Source: Lytechinus pictus (taxonomy: Eukaryota). From it: 64,000 nucleotides of DNA. Below the pieces are notes generated by a model. The model had not been told where the DNA came from. It made no database searches and was given only the letters and a program-made list of their open reading frames with translations. Positions within the stretch are counted from its first letter, which is position 1, and each line of letters opens with the position of its first letter. The position numbers and the translations under genes are program-made. Location of the stretch: assembly GCF_037042905.1 (NCBI RefSeq), contig NC_087249.1, positions 6,760,001 to 6,824,000 of the forward strand, in the 5' to 3' direction. Shown in pieces: positions 49,706-62,988 of this stretch.

Positions 49706-50884
49706 CCACCACGAAAAATGCAAAAGGGAAGAAAACGATATTAGGGAAAGAGTGAAACATTTTATTACTTTCTGAATGTTATGTCAAAATCTCCCAAATC
49801 TATCCATCGTGTGATTTTATATTTTTTAAACAATTTACTCCATCAGCCATATCTTGCCCCTCATTTTTGAAATTTACTTTTATTCTTAATTGATCTATTT
49901 TTGTTTGCTTATTACGCCAATGGCTGACAAAGTATGGAATAATAGTGAGCGAACCCTCTACACGTCTTAGAGTCAGTCTATAACAATATACAGAGGCAGA
50001 TTTCAATCACTCAAAATTACTTTTGTTTTCATGCAATATTTCTGGGAAAAATATAGGCCTGTGATTGACAACAACATCCTGCTGGGCACGAGGTTGGGCG
50101 TCTTGTTGTTCATGCACACGATCAAATGAGATGATGGACATATCTGAACGTGCGTATATGAGTGTATGTGAGTGTATTTGAAGGGGTGCGCGTGTGAGGG
50201 TGGGTGTGTGTGTGTGTGTGTGTGTGACAGAGATAGCGAGATACCGGGGGGGGGGGGTGGCTGGTTGGGGAAGGGAGAGAGAAGCACAGAGAGCGGGTAG
50301 AATAATATTGTTGCAAATACCAATTATTTGGCAATTTGATGAAAGATATTAAAAACGAAACACACACGCACACCCACGCAAACTGACATGAAATATTCGA
50401 AGGAATGCAAAGAGAAAGAGATTAAAAATGACAATGGCAATGAATAGAACGCTAATGATTGTATTGGACCCATTATCGGGTAGGCTATCAGTAGATCGTA
50501 TAGGTAAATATATTTTTTTTTGTGCAATGTAATTATTCATGTATATTACATTTAAATGATACACAAAATGATTACTACAACTCCACAGGTAGCGAAGTAT
50601 GTACGGGTGTGTACAAGTGTAGGTGTGTGATTTTGTGTAAATAAGAGACAGATTGTGTTACAGGGAGAGGTGTTCCATCAAAACTATGTGTACACGATAC
50701 AAATAAGATTTGGGGACATGAGATATTAGGATCGTGTGTGATCGATATTTCATTTAATTGTGTAAAGTAGTGACCGATGCATAAAGAATACAACCAGAGT
50801 TTACTGTTATAATGGTCATTTCGTTCGACAATAACGACAGTTAGCATTAGCACACTACTACTACTATTACTACTACTACTACTT

Positions 50885-50927
<43 letters not shown>

Positions 50928-50962
50928 TTCTACTACTACTACTACTTCTACTTCTACTACTT

Positions 50963-51002
<40 letters not shown>

Positions 51003-51400
51003 TTCTACTACTTCTACTACTACTACTACTATTCACCATTTATACAGTGCGTATAAAAAAAACGGGACAGATTTGAAAAGTCTATAAATTTTTTTTTTCA
51101 AATTATGATCTCTATATTTTGGTGTCAATAGGTGCTCTGAAGTCTTATCCTTCAAATGCCATTAAATAATTTAGTTTCGTTCATGCTTGAGCGAACACGG
51201 AATTTTTTGTCTGGGGTTAAAAAGGAGGCTTCCGCCAAAATGGCATAAAATGATAAATATGATGGTCGGACTTCTTGCTAATCAGCAGACTTCCTCTTAA
51301 CCTTTTCATTATCTTTGCCATAATTTTCGAATTATGCGGTCAAAATTCATTTCAAAATCTACTTATTTGCTTGAATATTTCTGTTGTTGTTCCTTTTTAA

Positions 51401-51982
51401 AGGGATGGTCCGGGCTGAAAATATCTATATCTTAATACATAGAGTAGAATTCACTGAGCAAAATGCCGAAAATTTCATCAAAATCGGATAACAAATAATA
51501 AAGTTATTGAAGTTTAAAGTTTAGCAATATTTTGTGAAAACAGTCGTCATGAATATTCATTAGGTGGGCTGATGATGTCACATCCCCACTTTCTGTTTTC
51601 TTATATTATTACATAAAATCATAATTTTTTCATTATTTAATACTTGTGTGAATAATATGTCTCCCTTATAATGAAATAAGTTGCAGCAATAAATATCTAA
51701 TGCACTAAATCAGTTTTCAATCCAATTTTTCTAGTTCTTGGAGGAAAAAAAATTGAATAAACCTAATTTCATATAATTAAATACAAAAGAACAAGTGGAG
51801 ATGTGACATCATCAGATCACCTAATGAATATTCATGACGACTGTTTTCACAAAATATTGCTAAACTTTAAAATTCAATAACTTTGTCATTTGTTATCCGA
51901 TTTTGATGAAATTTTCGGCATTTTGCTCAGTGAATTCTGCTCTATTCAATAAGCTATAATACTTTCAGCACGGACCATCCCT
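51401..51982. mobile_element. Kolobok-like MITE with roughly 200-bp arms
   Basis: TTAA|AGGGATGGTCCGGGCTGAAA ... TTTCAGCACGGACCATCCCT|TTAA. Confidence 0.85.
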
Positions 51983-52117
51983 TTAATATGTTCTCTTTTA
52001 GCTTTGAATATTCCTTCTTTAGGCAAGAACAATTTTTTTTTAAACCGAAGTATGGGAGAGCGTGTTTTTTTTTCAAATCCTTTCATTGTGTGCTACAAAG
52101 GTTATGGGGCCTTTGAA

Positions 52118-52389
52118 CAGTGGCATACTGATGGGTGGGGGCTCGGGGTGCTCCCCCCCCAAAAAAAAAAAAAAAAAATCATGACCAAGAAAAAAAATTG
52201 GAAAGAAAAATAACAAAAAACATAGAAAGTGAAATATGATATCATTTTCTGAATATTATGTCAAAATCACAAAATTTGATATTTTAATAACAAAGTGGAA
52301 ATTTTTGCTTGATCGCTTCACAACTTTTCAATACAATTTACCCGATCTGCCATATCTTGCTCCTTCAAAATTGACTCAATACACCATTG
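52118..52389. mobile_element. hAT-like MITE
   Basis: CAGTGGCATACTGA / TCAATACACCATTG; flanks CCTTTGAA / CCATTGAA match 7/8. Confidence 0.7.
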
Positions 52390-53259
52390 CCATTGAAAGA
52401 CATGAATCCTTTCCTGTTTGTCCTGTCAAGCACATAATTAAACTTGGTGAAGGATTCCATAACCCCTTGAAAATAGGATTTATGTCTTTTATAGGTACCA
52501 TAACATAATTTGTTTCACATAATAAAAGGATTTGAATAATGAAAACCTTCTTGGGTTGACAAAAAGTCTTCTTTTTTTACTTATGAAGGAAAATTCAAAG
52601 GTTAAAGAAGTTTAAATGAAAAACAAAATAATTCAGGTAAATAAATAAATTTATAAATGAAATTTGACAGCATAATTCGAAAATTATGGCAAAGATAATG
52701 AAAAAATTTAAAGAAAGTCTGCTGATTATCCAAAAGTCTAATCATCCAATTTCTCATTTCTGCCATTTTGGCGCAAGCCTCTTTTTGAACCCCCGACAAA
52801 AACGTCCCGTGTTCGCTCAAGCATGAACAAAATTTATTTTTGAAAATGGCATTTCAAAGATAAGATCTCAGAGCATCTATTAACATCAAAATATATATAT
52901 AATATTTTGAAACAAATTTTTTATAGACTTTTCAAAACTGTCCCGTTTTTTTGGATACGCACTGTATAGCGCGTAATACAAATTTTTCTAGGGGCTACAT
53001 ACTATTACCCCGGCTTTATAACACGGCTATACCCTTGTTGGACGCTGGAGCATTCAAGGAATTCCTTCCTACCATGTACCCATTTACTTCACTTGGGTGG
53101 AGAGTGGCAAATGTAGATAAACACCTTGCCAAAGGACGTGAGTGGGATTTGAACCCCAGACCTCGTGATTCAAGGCCCACAGACTTATCCACTGAGCCAC
53201 AGCACCTCTACATACTCTGTTTCACGGTAATCTAATGGAGTTGATGTGGCCGTAGGCAC

Positions 53260-53291
<32 letters not shown>

Positions 53292-54002
53292 CACAATGCA
53301 GTGGTTGTCCCCAGAAATATTCCAACCTTAATTATTCTATGACATCAAACCAATGCATACACCACATTCTGACAATTCCACCTGTATATATGGTGCTCCT
53401 ACTGTTCGATGCCAAGTTGAACCCATTCTTGGAATTTATTTTTTCTCTACTCCTTCCATACGCCTTACGCATGCTCCTTCAATATTTTACTAATTTTTAC
53501 TAAAGGGGGGGGGGGGGGAATACGTAAGGTCATGATTATCGATTAGGATTTCGTTTTTTTAATATAAATACGATGAGGTCAACTTCATTGCTATTACACA
53601 TGCCAGTTCAATGAATACAACTCGATAATTTTGAGCATCGACTGTCCAACAAAGCAAAACATATATCTGTCATTTAAGGAATGAATTGCCTGCTATTGCA
53701 CTATCAATGTATGTTTTCATAGTCCACGGTCTGGCACATAGAGGTATTGCACGTATTTAGCATAATTATGGAGCAGTCGATCCAACTGAGCTTCGCGGTT
53801 GAACGGGGCATGAAATGACGAAAGAAGGGGATTTATAATCCGTGGGAGAAAAGCAGAAACATGAATAATACAAAGTCTTGTATGACTGAATGTTTTTATC
53901 GAAACAAGATTACCTACGTCGGTTTTTTTTTAGCATTACATCTCACCGAGTTAGTCAGATTCGAACTTTTGTTTTGATCCCATGCAGGAGTTGTGGGCTT
54001 AA

Positions 54003-54617
54003 AGGGGAATCCAACCCAAATAAAAACTTGTTATTATAAGGAAAAGAAAAATCAGACAAGTTGATAGGTGAAAGTTTGAACAATATTGGACAAGCAACAA
54101 GAAAGTTATGAATGTTTAAAAGTTGTAAATATTGGTAATCACTATACATGTACCCAGGTCTATACCCATATGGAGACTTCAAATTGGCCGCATATGGGAT
54201 GTCATAGTGATGTAAGGCAAGGACTACTCTTCCATGTACTCCAATACATATTATGGCTAAAATGTCATTTTTCCCAAAAGTTTTATTTCAAATTATATTT
54301 TTCTTTCATGAGGACATAAAACAATATACTACCTGGGTTATATTTAGATTACTGCCCCAGGGGAATGGGTACTTTAGAGAAAACCACAAATCCCTGATAA
54401 TAAAGTACATGGCCTATGGGTAAGTTGTCCTTGCCCCTTGTCATAATTTACTTACCCAGTTGCCAATTTGAAATCTACATAGTATTAGTGATCTCAATTT
54501 TAAAGCAGCTGTAACTTTCTTATTGTTTGTCTGATTTCTTTCAAACTTTCACCATTCTGTTTAATTTATTTTTCTCCTTCCCATCACAACATTTTATGGC
54601 CAAGGCTGGATTCGCCT
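54003..54617 (+). mobile_element. Kolobok-like MITE
   Basis: TTAA|AGGGGAATCCAACC ... GGCTGGATTCGCCT|TTAA. Confidence 0.82.
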
Positions 54618-54742
54618 TTAAGTATGCAGTCTGATTTTTTTTTTCTTAGTTTGGCAAATGATTTTGTTACGTGCATTATCATGATAAATGTTATCGAGCC
54701 TCTTATATAATTCTATTTTTTCTCTCTCTGTCAGAGTATTAA

Positions 54743-56549
54743 AGGGAATGCAGTCTTGGTCATAAAATGTTGTATGGGAATGGTGAAAGTTTGAAAGAGG
54801 TCGGACTAGCAATAAGAAAGTTATGACTGTTTTAAAATACAGCACATTGCATGTGGCGTGCCTCATGGTTCCCTTTTGGTTCCATTGCTATTTATTTTAT
54901 ACATCAACTATTTCCAAAACTCATCCTCTTTATTATCATTTCTTCTTTTCGCAGATGACACGAGCTTATTTTTTACACACAGCAATCCTCAAATCCTTCT
55001 TGAAAGACTAAATGTTGAATTATGCTCTGCGTGTGATTGGATACAAGCTAATAAATTATCCCTAAATTTTAAAAAGACACATTATATGGTTTTTAGCAAC
55101 TCATTACACACATTGCCAGGTCTTGTTTATATGAATTATAATGTTTTAGAACAAATTGAATCAACGAAATTTCTTGGTATCTTTATTGATTGTAAATTAT
55201 CATGGAAAGTTCACATTGGTCACCTATGTAAATTGCTCTCAAGAAATCTTGGAGTCATTAATAAACTTAAACCTCATTTTCCGCATCATATTTTGAAATT
55301 GTATTATTGTATTCTACTCTATTGTTACCATATCTGAATAATGGAATTTTAGCCTGGGGAAATGCCTCTAAGACAAAACTTGAATCCATACTTAAAATTA
55401 AAGAAAGAGCCGTGAGGATAATATCTTCTTCTGACTTTCTGGCTCATACTAATCCGCAATTTTATTCAAACAAGTTATTGAAAGTAACCGATTTATATTA
55501 TTATTTTGTTGGTTTATCTATGTATCAACTAAATAAACAGGAATTACCGAGTGTATTCTCTGATTTGCTTGTTCAAAATCAAGAAATCCATTCCTACCCA
55601 ACTCGACAAGTACACAATTTCCACATTTCCCCAGTGCGCACTGTTCTTGCCCTTAAATCATTTACTTTTACAGGGCCTTCCTTTTGGAATAACTTAGACA
55701 CCCATATAATTCAGGCGCCCTCATTATATTCTTTTAAATGTAGGCTGAAAATATTTCTTTCACAATTGTACGCTAGTGGGTAAGCGTCCTGCTCGAGTGA
55801 CTATCATGTAGAACTCTTTATAATGTATTGATTATTTTTTCTTCATTTGATTTATCTCGCTTCATTGCGTTAGGAGTTTTTAATGCTTGATTATTTTCTT
55901 CTGGGAACCTATGTCTACAAGCTATGCTCTTTAATAGGTTCCTCATATTTCACGATATTGTATTTCTTTATAAAACACTACAATTATGTATTTTTTGTCA
56001 TCATCTTCTCTGATGTTCAAGATGTATGTTTTTGCGGAATGTGAAACAATAAATCAAATCAAGAATTGAGATCTCTAAAAATATCTAAACTTCAATTTGG
56101 CAACAGGGTAAGTAAATTATGACAAGTGGGAAGTCACATATAACTTTCCCATATGCCATTTACTTAATTATAACGGATTTGCTGTTTTCTCTCAAGTACC
56201 TACTCCCCAGGAGCAGTAATCCAAATATAACCAATATAGCATAATGATTACCTCAAGAAGTACAAATATACTTTCAAATAAAACTAAAACAAAACCCTAG
56301 CTGACAATTTAATTTCAATTTTTCTGTATTAAATTTTATGGATTGGAGTAAATGGGAGAGTAGTCCTTGCCTTACATCACTATGACATCAACAATGCCGC
56401 CAATTTAAAGTCACCATGGGTATAGGGATTACCAAAAGATTCATAACTTTCTCATAGTCTGTCCGATTTTGTCAAAACTTTCACCCATGTACTTGTCTGA
56501 TTTTTCTTCTTCCGTTAAAACCAACTTTTTATTTGGGTTGGATTCCCCT
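54743..56549 (-). mobile_element. Second, inverted copy of the same Kolobok-like family, split by a LINE
   Basis: TTAA|AGGGAATGCAGTCTTGG ... GGGTTGGATTCCCCT|TTAA. Homology to the reverse complement of 54003-54617 resumes at 56064. Confidence 0.8.
54838..56063 (+). mobile_element. 5'-truncated CR1/L2-type LINE, reverse transcriptase C-terminal half (non-functional)
   Basis: CGVPHGSLLVPLLFILYIN..FADDT..NKLSLN..KFLG..LSWK motifs. The frameshift is an 8-bp tandem duplication ATTGTATT (55298-55313). Stop at 55783, then 3' UTR and AATAAATCAAATC tail. Confidence 0.92.
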
Positions 56550-56730
56550 TTAACATACACCTAGTAGTGCCCCTGCATACACCAAAGAGAAAAATGAATT
56601 CATGTTATAAACACAGGAATTCGGCATGTTCGATATAACAAAAATTATACTGCTACGAAAGTGCGTCCTCTGGCAGATCAGTGTAAAGTGGCTTGGTCCT
56701 CCATTGAATTTTAGATGCGAATTGATTAAA

Positions 56731-56997
56731 TAATAATAATAATAATAATACTTATTAATACAGGGTTTGTATAGCGCACGTATCCACCTTGCTATAGGTG
56801 CTCAAGGCGCCTATATATTACTCCAGCAAAGCTAGTCTACCGATTCCGGTGCGCACAGCTTTTTGAGGAATAACTTCCTGCCGGTATCAATGTGAGTAAT
56901 TTTTTTTGCTGAAGGAAAACACAACATGGCTTGGAATCGAACCCGCGTCCTTCAGATTGAAAGACGAGAGTCTTAACCACTATACCACGACGCCCCC
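56731..56997 (-). mobile_element. tRNA-derived SINE (Glu-TTC-like head)
   Basis: GGGGCGTCGTGGTATAGTGGTTAAGACTCTCGTCTTTCAATCTGAAGGACGCGGGTTCGATTCC contains A and B boxes; (TTA)n tail. Same family as 62023. Confidence 0.85.
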
Positions 56998-58789
56998 ACT
57001 GAAAGGTTAAGTCCTCCCCAAGAAAGGTGGATTTAAATCAATAGAGAGAAATCAGACACTAGCATAAAACTGAACATTTCATCAGAATCGGATGTGAAAT
57101 TTTAGTATTATGGTTACAGAGCCCCCAGCTATATCTTATCTTCCATGTAACCCTTCATTTTGACTGGCTCTTGAGGATTGTTGCCATGGTAGTTACCATC
57201 GGATATCAAATAATACCATAACTGCTATGCAGCGGGACCATAATCCGACTTCTTTTATTTCCTTTCGGAGACTCCGAAGATTCAGCTATACCACATGAAT
57301 TTATATTGTGTCTTACAAAGTCTGGCGTCAGCACATTTTACACCCCAATAGCCTCCTGACCATTTTCAGGAGTATCTTGGTCGAAGGAAAGTCGGAATAA
57401 CTCTGTCCAGACGGGCACTTACTCCGGGCTTTTCTCCGACTGGGATTCCTCCGACCCTTCCTCCGACCAAACCAGTCTACGTCTGGGTCGTGACAAGATA
57501 AATAAATATGTTTGGATGTTGTTGTTGTTTGTTGGATATTAATGGCGACCAGTCATATTTAGGTCTACTATTATTTTCTTTCTTTTCTTCGACGTGTCCT
57601 TTAAAATTTTAATCCATGCATATTGAACGTAAATGTGGAACCCTCGTCTGGACGAGGTAATGGCGTCTTAAGACATTTTCAACACGAAATGAAAACGTTT
57701 TATTCTTCTTTCATCTAGGTTAAAACGTAGGTCTAAATCCTTTAGGTTTATTCTTAGTTCAATTAGTTAGTGGAATGATGGAGGAAATAAAACTTCTTTC
57801 CCCTACTGCGAAAAAGACACACATTATCTTAGGTGGTTGTCTGCATCACATCAGGATTCCTAGCAGTCGACTCGGAAGGGCGTAAGAAGGTCGGTTGCGT
57901 GTAGGCTGAAAAGTAACTCAATTTTATGAATGTATTATGTGTAAAATTGAGAACAGAAGAGAAACATGAAAGTTATCCCAAATATACAGTAGTGGTAACA
58001 AAACCAACATATGGCGGAATGTGCAAATTGTCTTGTCTAAATTATCCTCAGACATTGAAACTATTAGGCTGTCACGCATCTGAAGCCCACCTATCATGCC
58101 TACAGACGGTCCGGTGCAATTGTGTAAATCGTAGTATACACCATTATTATAGACACGGGGAGGGGGGGGGGGTGATAAGAAAGTGGTGAGCTGACCATGC
58201 AAAAATCACAACCAGGTGGTTTGGAAAAAGGTAGGGGGTTAAGCCCCCAGACCCCCCCGGTTCCTGCAGCCCCTGATACATAGAACGTAATATGTAAGGT
58301 TAAGGTTTTCAACAGTCCTATAGAGGAATTATATTGAAACAAGGCCTCAACGCTTCCGCATCGTAGTGACATCGCAACATTCGTGAAGTCGTCTCCAATG
58401 TCGCACCAACCTTCGAACATCATAATGGTATTATTTTGTTGTTGTTGAAAATTTTGGGTTACACAGCCCATCGTTAATCGAACAGATAGCTTTAATCTTA
58501 ATCAGTGATTGCAACTCCAAAACTTTATGCTAAATCAGACAGGCTCATTAATTCATAATTCAGAGATTGAACACTAAAATTTTAAATTCTTTCACGTAAC
58601 AACCTTCCGGTATTTTATTGGGGGGGGGGGGGGAGGGGCTACCGTATGTATACCTCCCTTCAAGTGTGATACTGTAAGCGATCATCGAAAGAAGATTCCG
58701 ACGATTAAGCTCGTCAACTCATGGAAAGAAAGCCGAGAATAGAGCCTTCCCGAGATATGATGCCGTGAACAGAAATTTATCTTGCACCA

Positions 58790-59000
58790 AAATAGTCGGA
58801 CGTCCCGCACTCGCGTTGATATGGAAGTGTCACCGGCAATTTAGGCGGGAACGCGTCACCTTGCGCTTTCACTGAAGAAATTGTGACGTCGTGTGACGTA
58901 GCTGTCGTCTGCTCGCCTGTGGAGGTCGGGAGGCGCGTTTTTTCAAGTCGCGTTTGGTATGGCAAGTATGGCCGCCAATTGCAAGTTGCCGTAAACATGT
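58790..59000. promoter_or_regulatory. CpG-rich, non-repetitive-looking island; candidate promoter or enhancer
   Basis: High CpG density in an AT-rich background. GGCGGGAA (E2F-like), two TGACGT (CRE-like), GTAAACA (Fox-like). Possible donor GTGAGT at 59211. Confidence 0.35.
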
Positions 59001-59812
59001 TTTGATGCCAACAGACAATACCTACGTAACTTTTGTAATACTATTTTTCTGTTTCTATTTAAACTTTCTCTATCGAGAAATGAGTGGGTAGATAAGTCGT
59101 CAATTATGACTTCCGAACGTCTGAATACTTCCCGTTTCTTCATTCATATTAAGGACCCTTAATCAGCAGTAGTTATGAACGTAATTTGAGTAAACAGCTT
59201 ACTGTGTTTCGTGAGTATACGAAAGGGAGACGATGGAACATTAAGTTACCAATGCTTTGTCTCAGCATGTTCATATGATTTTGTTTCCATTACAACGCGA
59301 CATTTGCTAGACAAATGCCTGATGTAACAGATGAGCTGGAATTCAAATTGGTCTGCTCCAGTCGACATTTCATGGCTAACTGAGATTTTAAAGCTATTCA
59401 GAATAAAGGACTGGATTCTTTTCTCGCATTTCTAATGAAAAAAAACCCCTGAAGTTTGTGAGGATACTATGTAGATGATTCTTTTTTAATCTACTGACGT
59501 AGAGTATAGGATGAACTAACATATTCTAATAAATGTAATTGGTCAAAATGTTATGGTATTCATGAATAACTTATATGATTGATTATTCAGAGTGTTATTA
59601 AAATGAATAATGGCTGACAGTATAATATCAATATCGATTTTTAGGGTTTTTTATTTTTATTTTTGCTATTACTCCTTGTTTCGATGAAAATAATATTAGT
59701 CGAATATTGCAAAGTGATATTTTTAACTAACCTTACTGGCTACAATTATGCAGCACGCCTTCAGAAATTACCTGATTATTCTTTAATCTGTCTTGAAAAA
59801 ACGTGTTTTTAG

Positions 59813-60054
59813 CGCTAGCGTACCTACGGGGGGGGGGGGGCAGGGGGGGGGCAGTCTGCCCCCCCTGACGAGTCACAACCCATGCAAAGGACGTATCCCT
59901 GCCCCCCTGACGAACTTTAAAACCTTTTTTGCCCCCCTGACGAGCTTGAAGACCTTTTTTGCCCCCCCTGACGAGCTTTTTTTTTTTGCTTGTCAAATTT
60001 TTGGGCGGACGGTTTTGCCCCCCCCCCCTGTGGAAAATCCTAGGTAAGCCACTG
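59813..60054. mobile_element. hAT-like MITE
   Basis: Perfect 8-bp TSD GTTTTTAG. Ends CGCTAGCGTACCTA / TAGGTAAGCCACTG. Internal GCCCCCCTGACGAG repeats. Confidence 0.85.
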
Positions 60055-62022
60055 GTTTTTAGACAGTTATAGTTCTGTAGTTTATTTTTCTCTGTCGGCA
60101 AGGGAAGATAATGTGTTCTCTTGCATGTATCTTACGTTAATAATATTGTCCTCTTTATGTTGACTCTTAAGTTATAGCTAGTATTCATATTTTCTTTTGA
60201 TGTGTAGCGCTTAATACATCAGAACGACATCTCTAAGCACTTATCACTTTAGACAATGAGAGTTCAATTCCTAAATTGTGGGAGAATTTACTTTAAGCGC
60301 CTTGAACGGCAACTAATAATGTCCTTAACATACCATTCCGTGACGTTCGCTTTATGGTCCCACGCAGTGAGACATGGAGCAGACGACTAAAAAAACTAGA
60401 ACACCAAACTTTTCTACTATTTCCCGCCAATCCAAAGGGTGATTAACCACAAAATTCTATTACTTATTGTACAAGTTCATCTACAGAACGTTTCCCAAAA
60501 CAGCAACTGACGTATAGGGTCTCAAATAGCCGATTAAGTTGAAGTAAGGTACCTTTTTTATTTTGTTCTGTTTAGCGTGGAGTAAATTGAATCATAAGTT
60601 TGAAAATGATTTCACGGTTTCGAAGTCCCCTGAGAATGATTGAATTAATTATCAGTTAAATGATGTAATCTTCAATATTTTGAATTCCAAAGATCTGGCT
60701 TATAGATATCTAAGACGTAACAACAGAATGTAGGTAACGGATGAGATCGGTAGTCCTACATTTATATTCAAATCGTGAACAGTATACTCTTTGACTGTTA
60801 TTGAAAGATTACAATTTATTCATTTCTTCGTCGAAAAAAACTTCAATCAAGTAACGTAAAACCACCGTTATCGCAGCCATTCTTTAAACCCATTTGTCAG
60901 TCAACAATATATTGAATTCAGGTGCCTACTTTTGATCATTTTGGGGTAATATATCGGATTTCCCCCCTGACCTCTGGAAGGCTCCTCGATTATACGTCCG
61001 ACAGAAATTAAGACACGAAGCCATCAGAATAACAGTGTTGGGTGTTTTATTGTATAACAAAATATATATAAAACTTCTAGTTGTAACGAAGTTTTATGTT
61101 ACAAGAGACAAAATATAGTATAACTTGTAATTCCAATACATACAATAATTAAAATTAGGTATACAACAGTCGGCAAGTGCCACGCCCAAAAATTGTAAAG
61201 GAAATTGATGCGACATCGGTCACTCTTGGCATTTTAAATGGATAACTGTCATAAAGAATTATAATGAAACATGCGTGTTATAAATATAGTAATCATCGTC
61301 TAAAAATCGTTATATAACTAACGTATCTTGAGCTTTAGAAAAGTAAAGCTTGCCACGTACAAACTGGATGGCCTTGACGAAGCCAAAAAAGATGGCTAAT
61401 AAGAATCAAATGACGCTAACGCGTCTACCCGGATGGGCCTTGCTTTTATTAAAGCTTGAGTTAATCAGAGCTTTTAGATAAAAATGTATTATACAAACAT
61501 ATTAAAACAATTCAACATAACTAGAAATCTTAATTTTCATGATTGTATACAAATATTTCCAGGCCATTCGTAAGTAGTAAATAAATCATATAATATCCGG
61601 ACTAATCAGCGGGTAACTAAATAAGTGATACGTTTTCTGTACTTTGTGACGTTTCTCAAACGGTGCCAACGGAAACTAGAGTGTCTTTAACAAGAGAAAC
61701 CTAGAGAAAAAGTCAACATTACAATAAAATTCGCTTTTGATAGCTTCAACCTTTCATTATCTGTGAATATAAATGCTGTTTCACCTTGATTTGAAAAAAA
61801 AAAATAGTCAGGTGTTGAACAACGTTTATGAACGTGCAAAATAGATTCGTTTCTTGTGTATATCGGTTTTTTCGACGTTGAAGCATTCTGGTATACTTGA
61901 CAGGACTTCATGGGACCATGTCAGTAGAAATACTGATACAATCGGGACAGTAGTCCTCCATAGATGTTTTGATTTTTAGAAGATTACACCAAAATTATTA
62001 TTTGACTCTGACTAACATTTGA

Positions 62023-62292
62023 GGGGTGTCACTGTCTAGTAGTTATGAGTATCGTCTTTCAGTCTGTGGGACGTGGGTTCGATTCCCAGTCATGGCGAGT
62101 TTTCCTTCAGCAAGAAATTTACCCACATTGTGATGCACTCAACCCAGGTGAGGTAAATGGGTATCGGCCTGAAGTAAATCCTCAAAAAGCTGTGAGTATC
62201 GGAATCGGTTGCCGAGCTTAAACGGGATAATAGGAGCGCCTTGACCACCCATCAAGGTGGAATCGTGCGATATACAAAGGCCTATATTATTT
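62023..62292 (+). mobile_element. tRNA-derived SINE
   Basis: B box GGTTCGATTCCC, core CACTCAACCCAGGTGAGGTAAATGGGTA, homologous to 56731-56997. Confidence 0.82.
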
Positions 62293-62575
62293 ACTCCTTT
62301 TATTATTAAGAATAATTACGGCTCAACCCTATTCAATTAGTCAAACATCGGGACCAGAAATATCAATCGATATACTATAAATACAATTGGTTTGTTACAG
62401 ACTCTGCGATGATTACCATGTTGCTATGCATTGTGGTAAAAAAATAGAACTATGTTTAGATCAGCTCGCAGTATTATGAACGTAGGAATAAGCTTGATGT
62501 GTTGCTAAACTTTCTCAAGAAATGGCGTCTAAGTCTTTACGCTTTTAGGCTATACGAAGTTTCTCTAATGGCCGA

Positions 62576-62988
62576 GACTATAGAGAATGCTGAAAATCGA
62601 AATTAGGAGATTCGTTTCTTGTTCCTCTAGATTTACGGAAAACTCTTGAATTAAATTCATGTTTTAAGTATAGTCTGTGTTTGCAGTGATTATGAATTAC
62701 ATGTGCTCTACAAAACATGGTACAATACGCTGAGGAATGATGGCAAAATACATTCCGTTTTTTTATGTCGTCAGTGTCTTTATGTTTTTTTGCTATGCTA
62801 GGTTTCTTTAATCAAGACATGTTGATTGTCAAGACTACAGAGAATATTGAGAACAGGAGATCCTCTTTCGTTCCACATTCGTCTATTGACGGGGAAACTC
62901 TGGAATTTAATCTATGTTTTAAGTAAAACCTTTGCTTTGCGTGAAAGGATTATGGATACCATGTGGTCTACAAAACTTGGTACAAAAT
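62576..62988. repeat. Old degenerate direct duplication, period about 258 bp
   Basis: GACTATAGAGAAT..AAACTCTTGAATT..ATGTTTTAAGTA..TCTACAAAACATGGTACAA is repeated from 62834. Confidence 0.65.

Larger units (their letters stand above)
51045..52964. mobile_element. Tc1/mariner-like MITE with roughly 300-bp TIRs
   Basis: TA|CAGTGCGTATAAAAAAAACGGGACAG ... CTGTCCCGTTTTTTTGGATACGCACTG|TA. Confidence 0.85.
50854..53208 (-). mobile_element. tRNA-derived SINE with an expanded (TAG)n tail, split by a Tc1/mariner MITE
   Basis: Head GAGGTGCTGTGGCTCAGTGG..GGTTCAAATCCC at 53208-53140. The body stops at 52965 and resumes at 51044 into the (CTA)n tract at 50854-51031. Confidence 0.72.

Noticed and set aside
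50575..51039. Ser/Arg-rich 154-aa ORF
   Set aside because: Translation of the (TAG)n microsatellite.
56925..56997. tRNA genes (also at about 30090-30145, 53140-53208, 62023-62090)
   Set aside because: A and B boxes are present, but there is no complete acceptor stem and each runs into a SINE body and simple-repeat tail.
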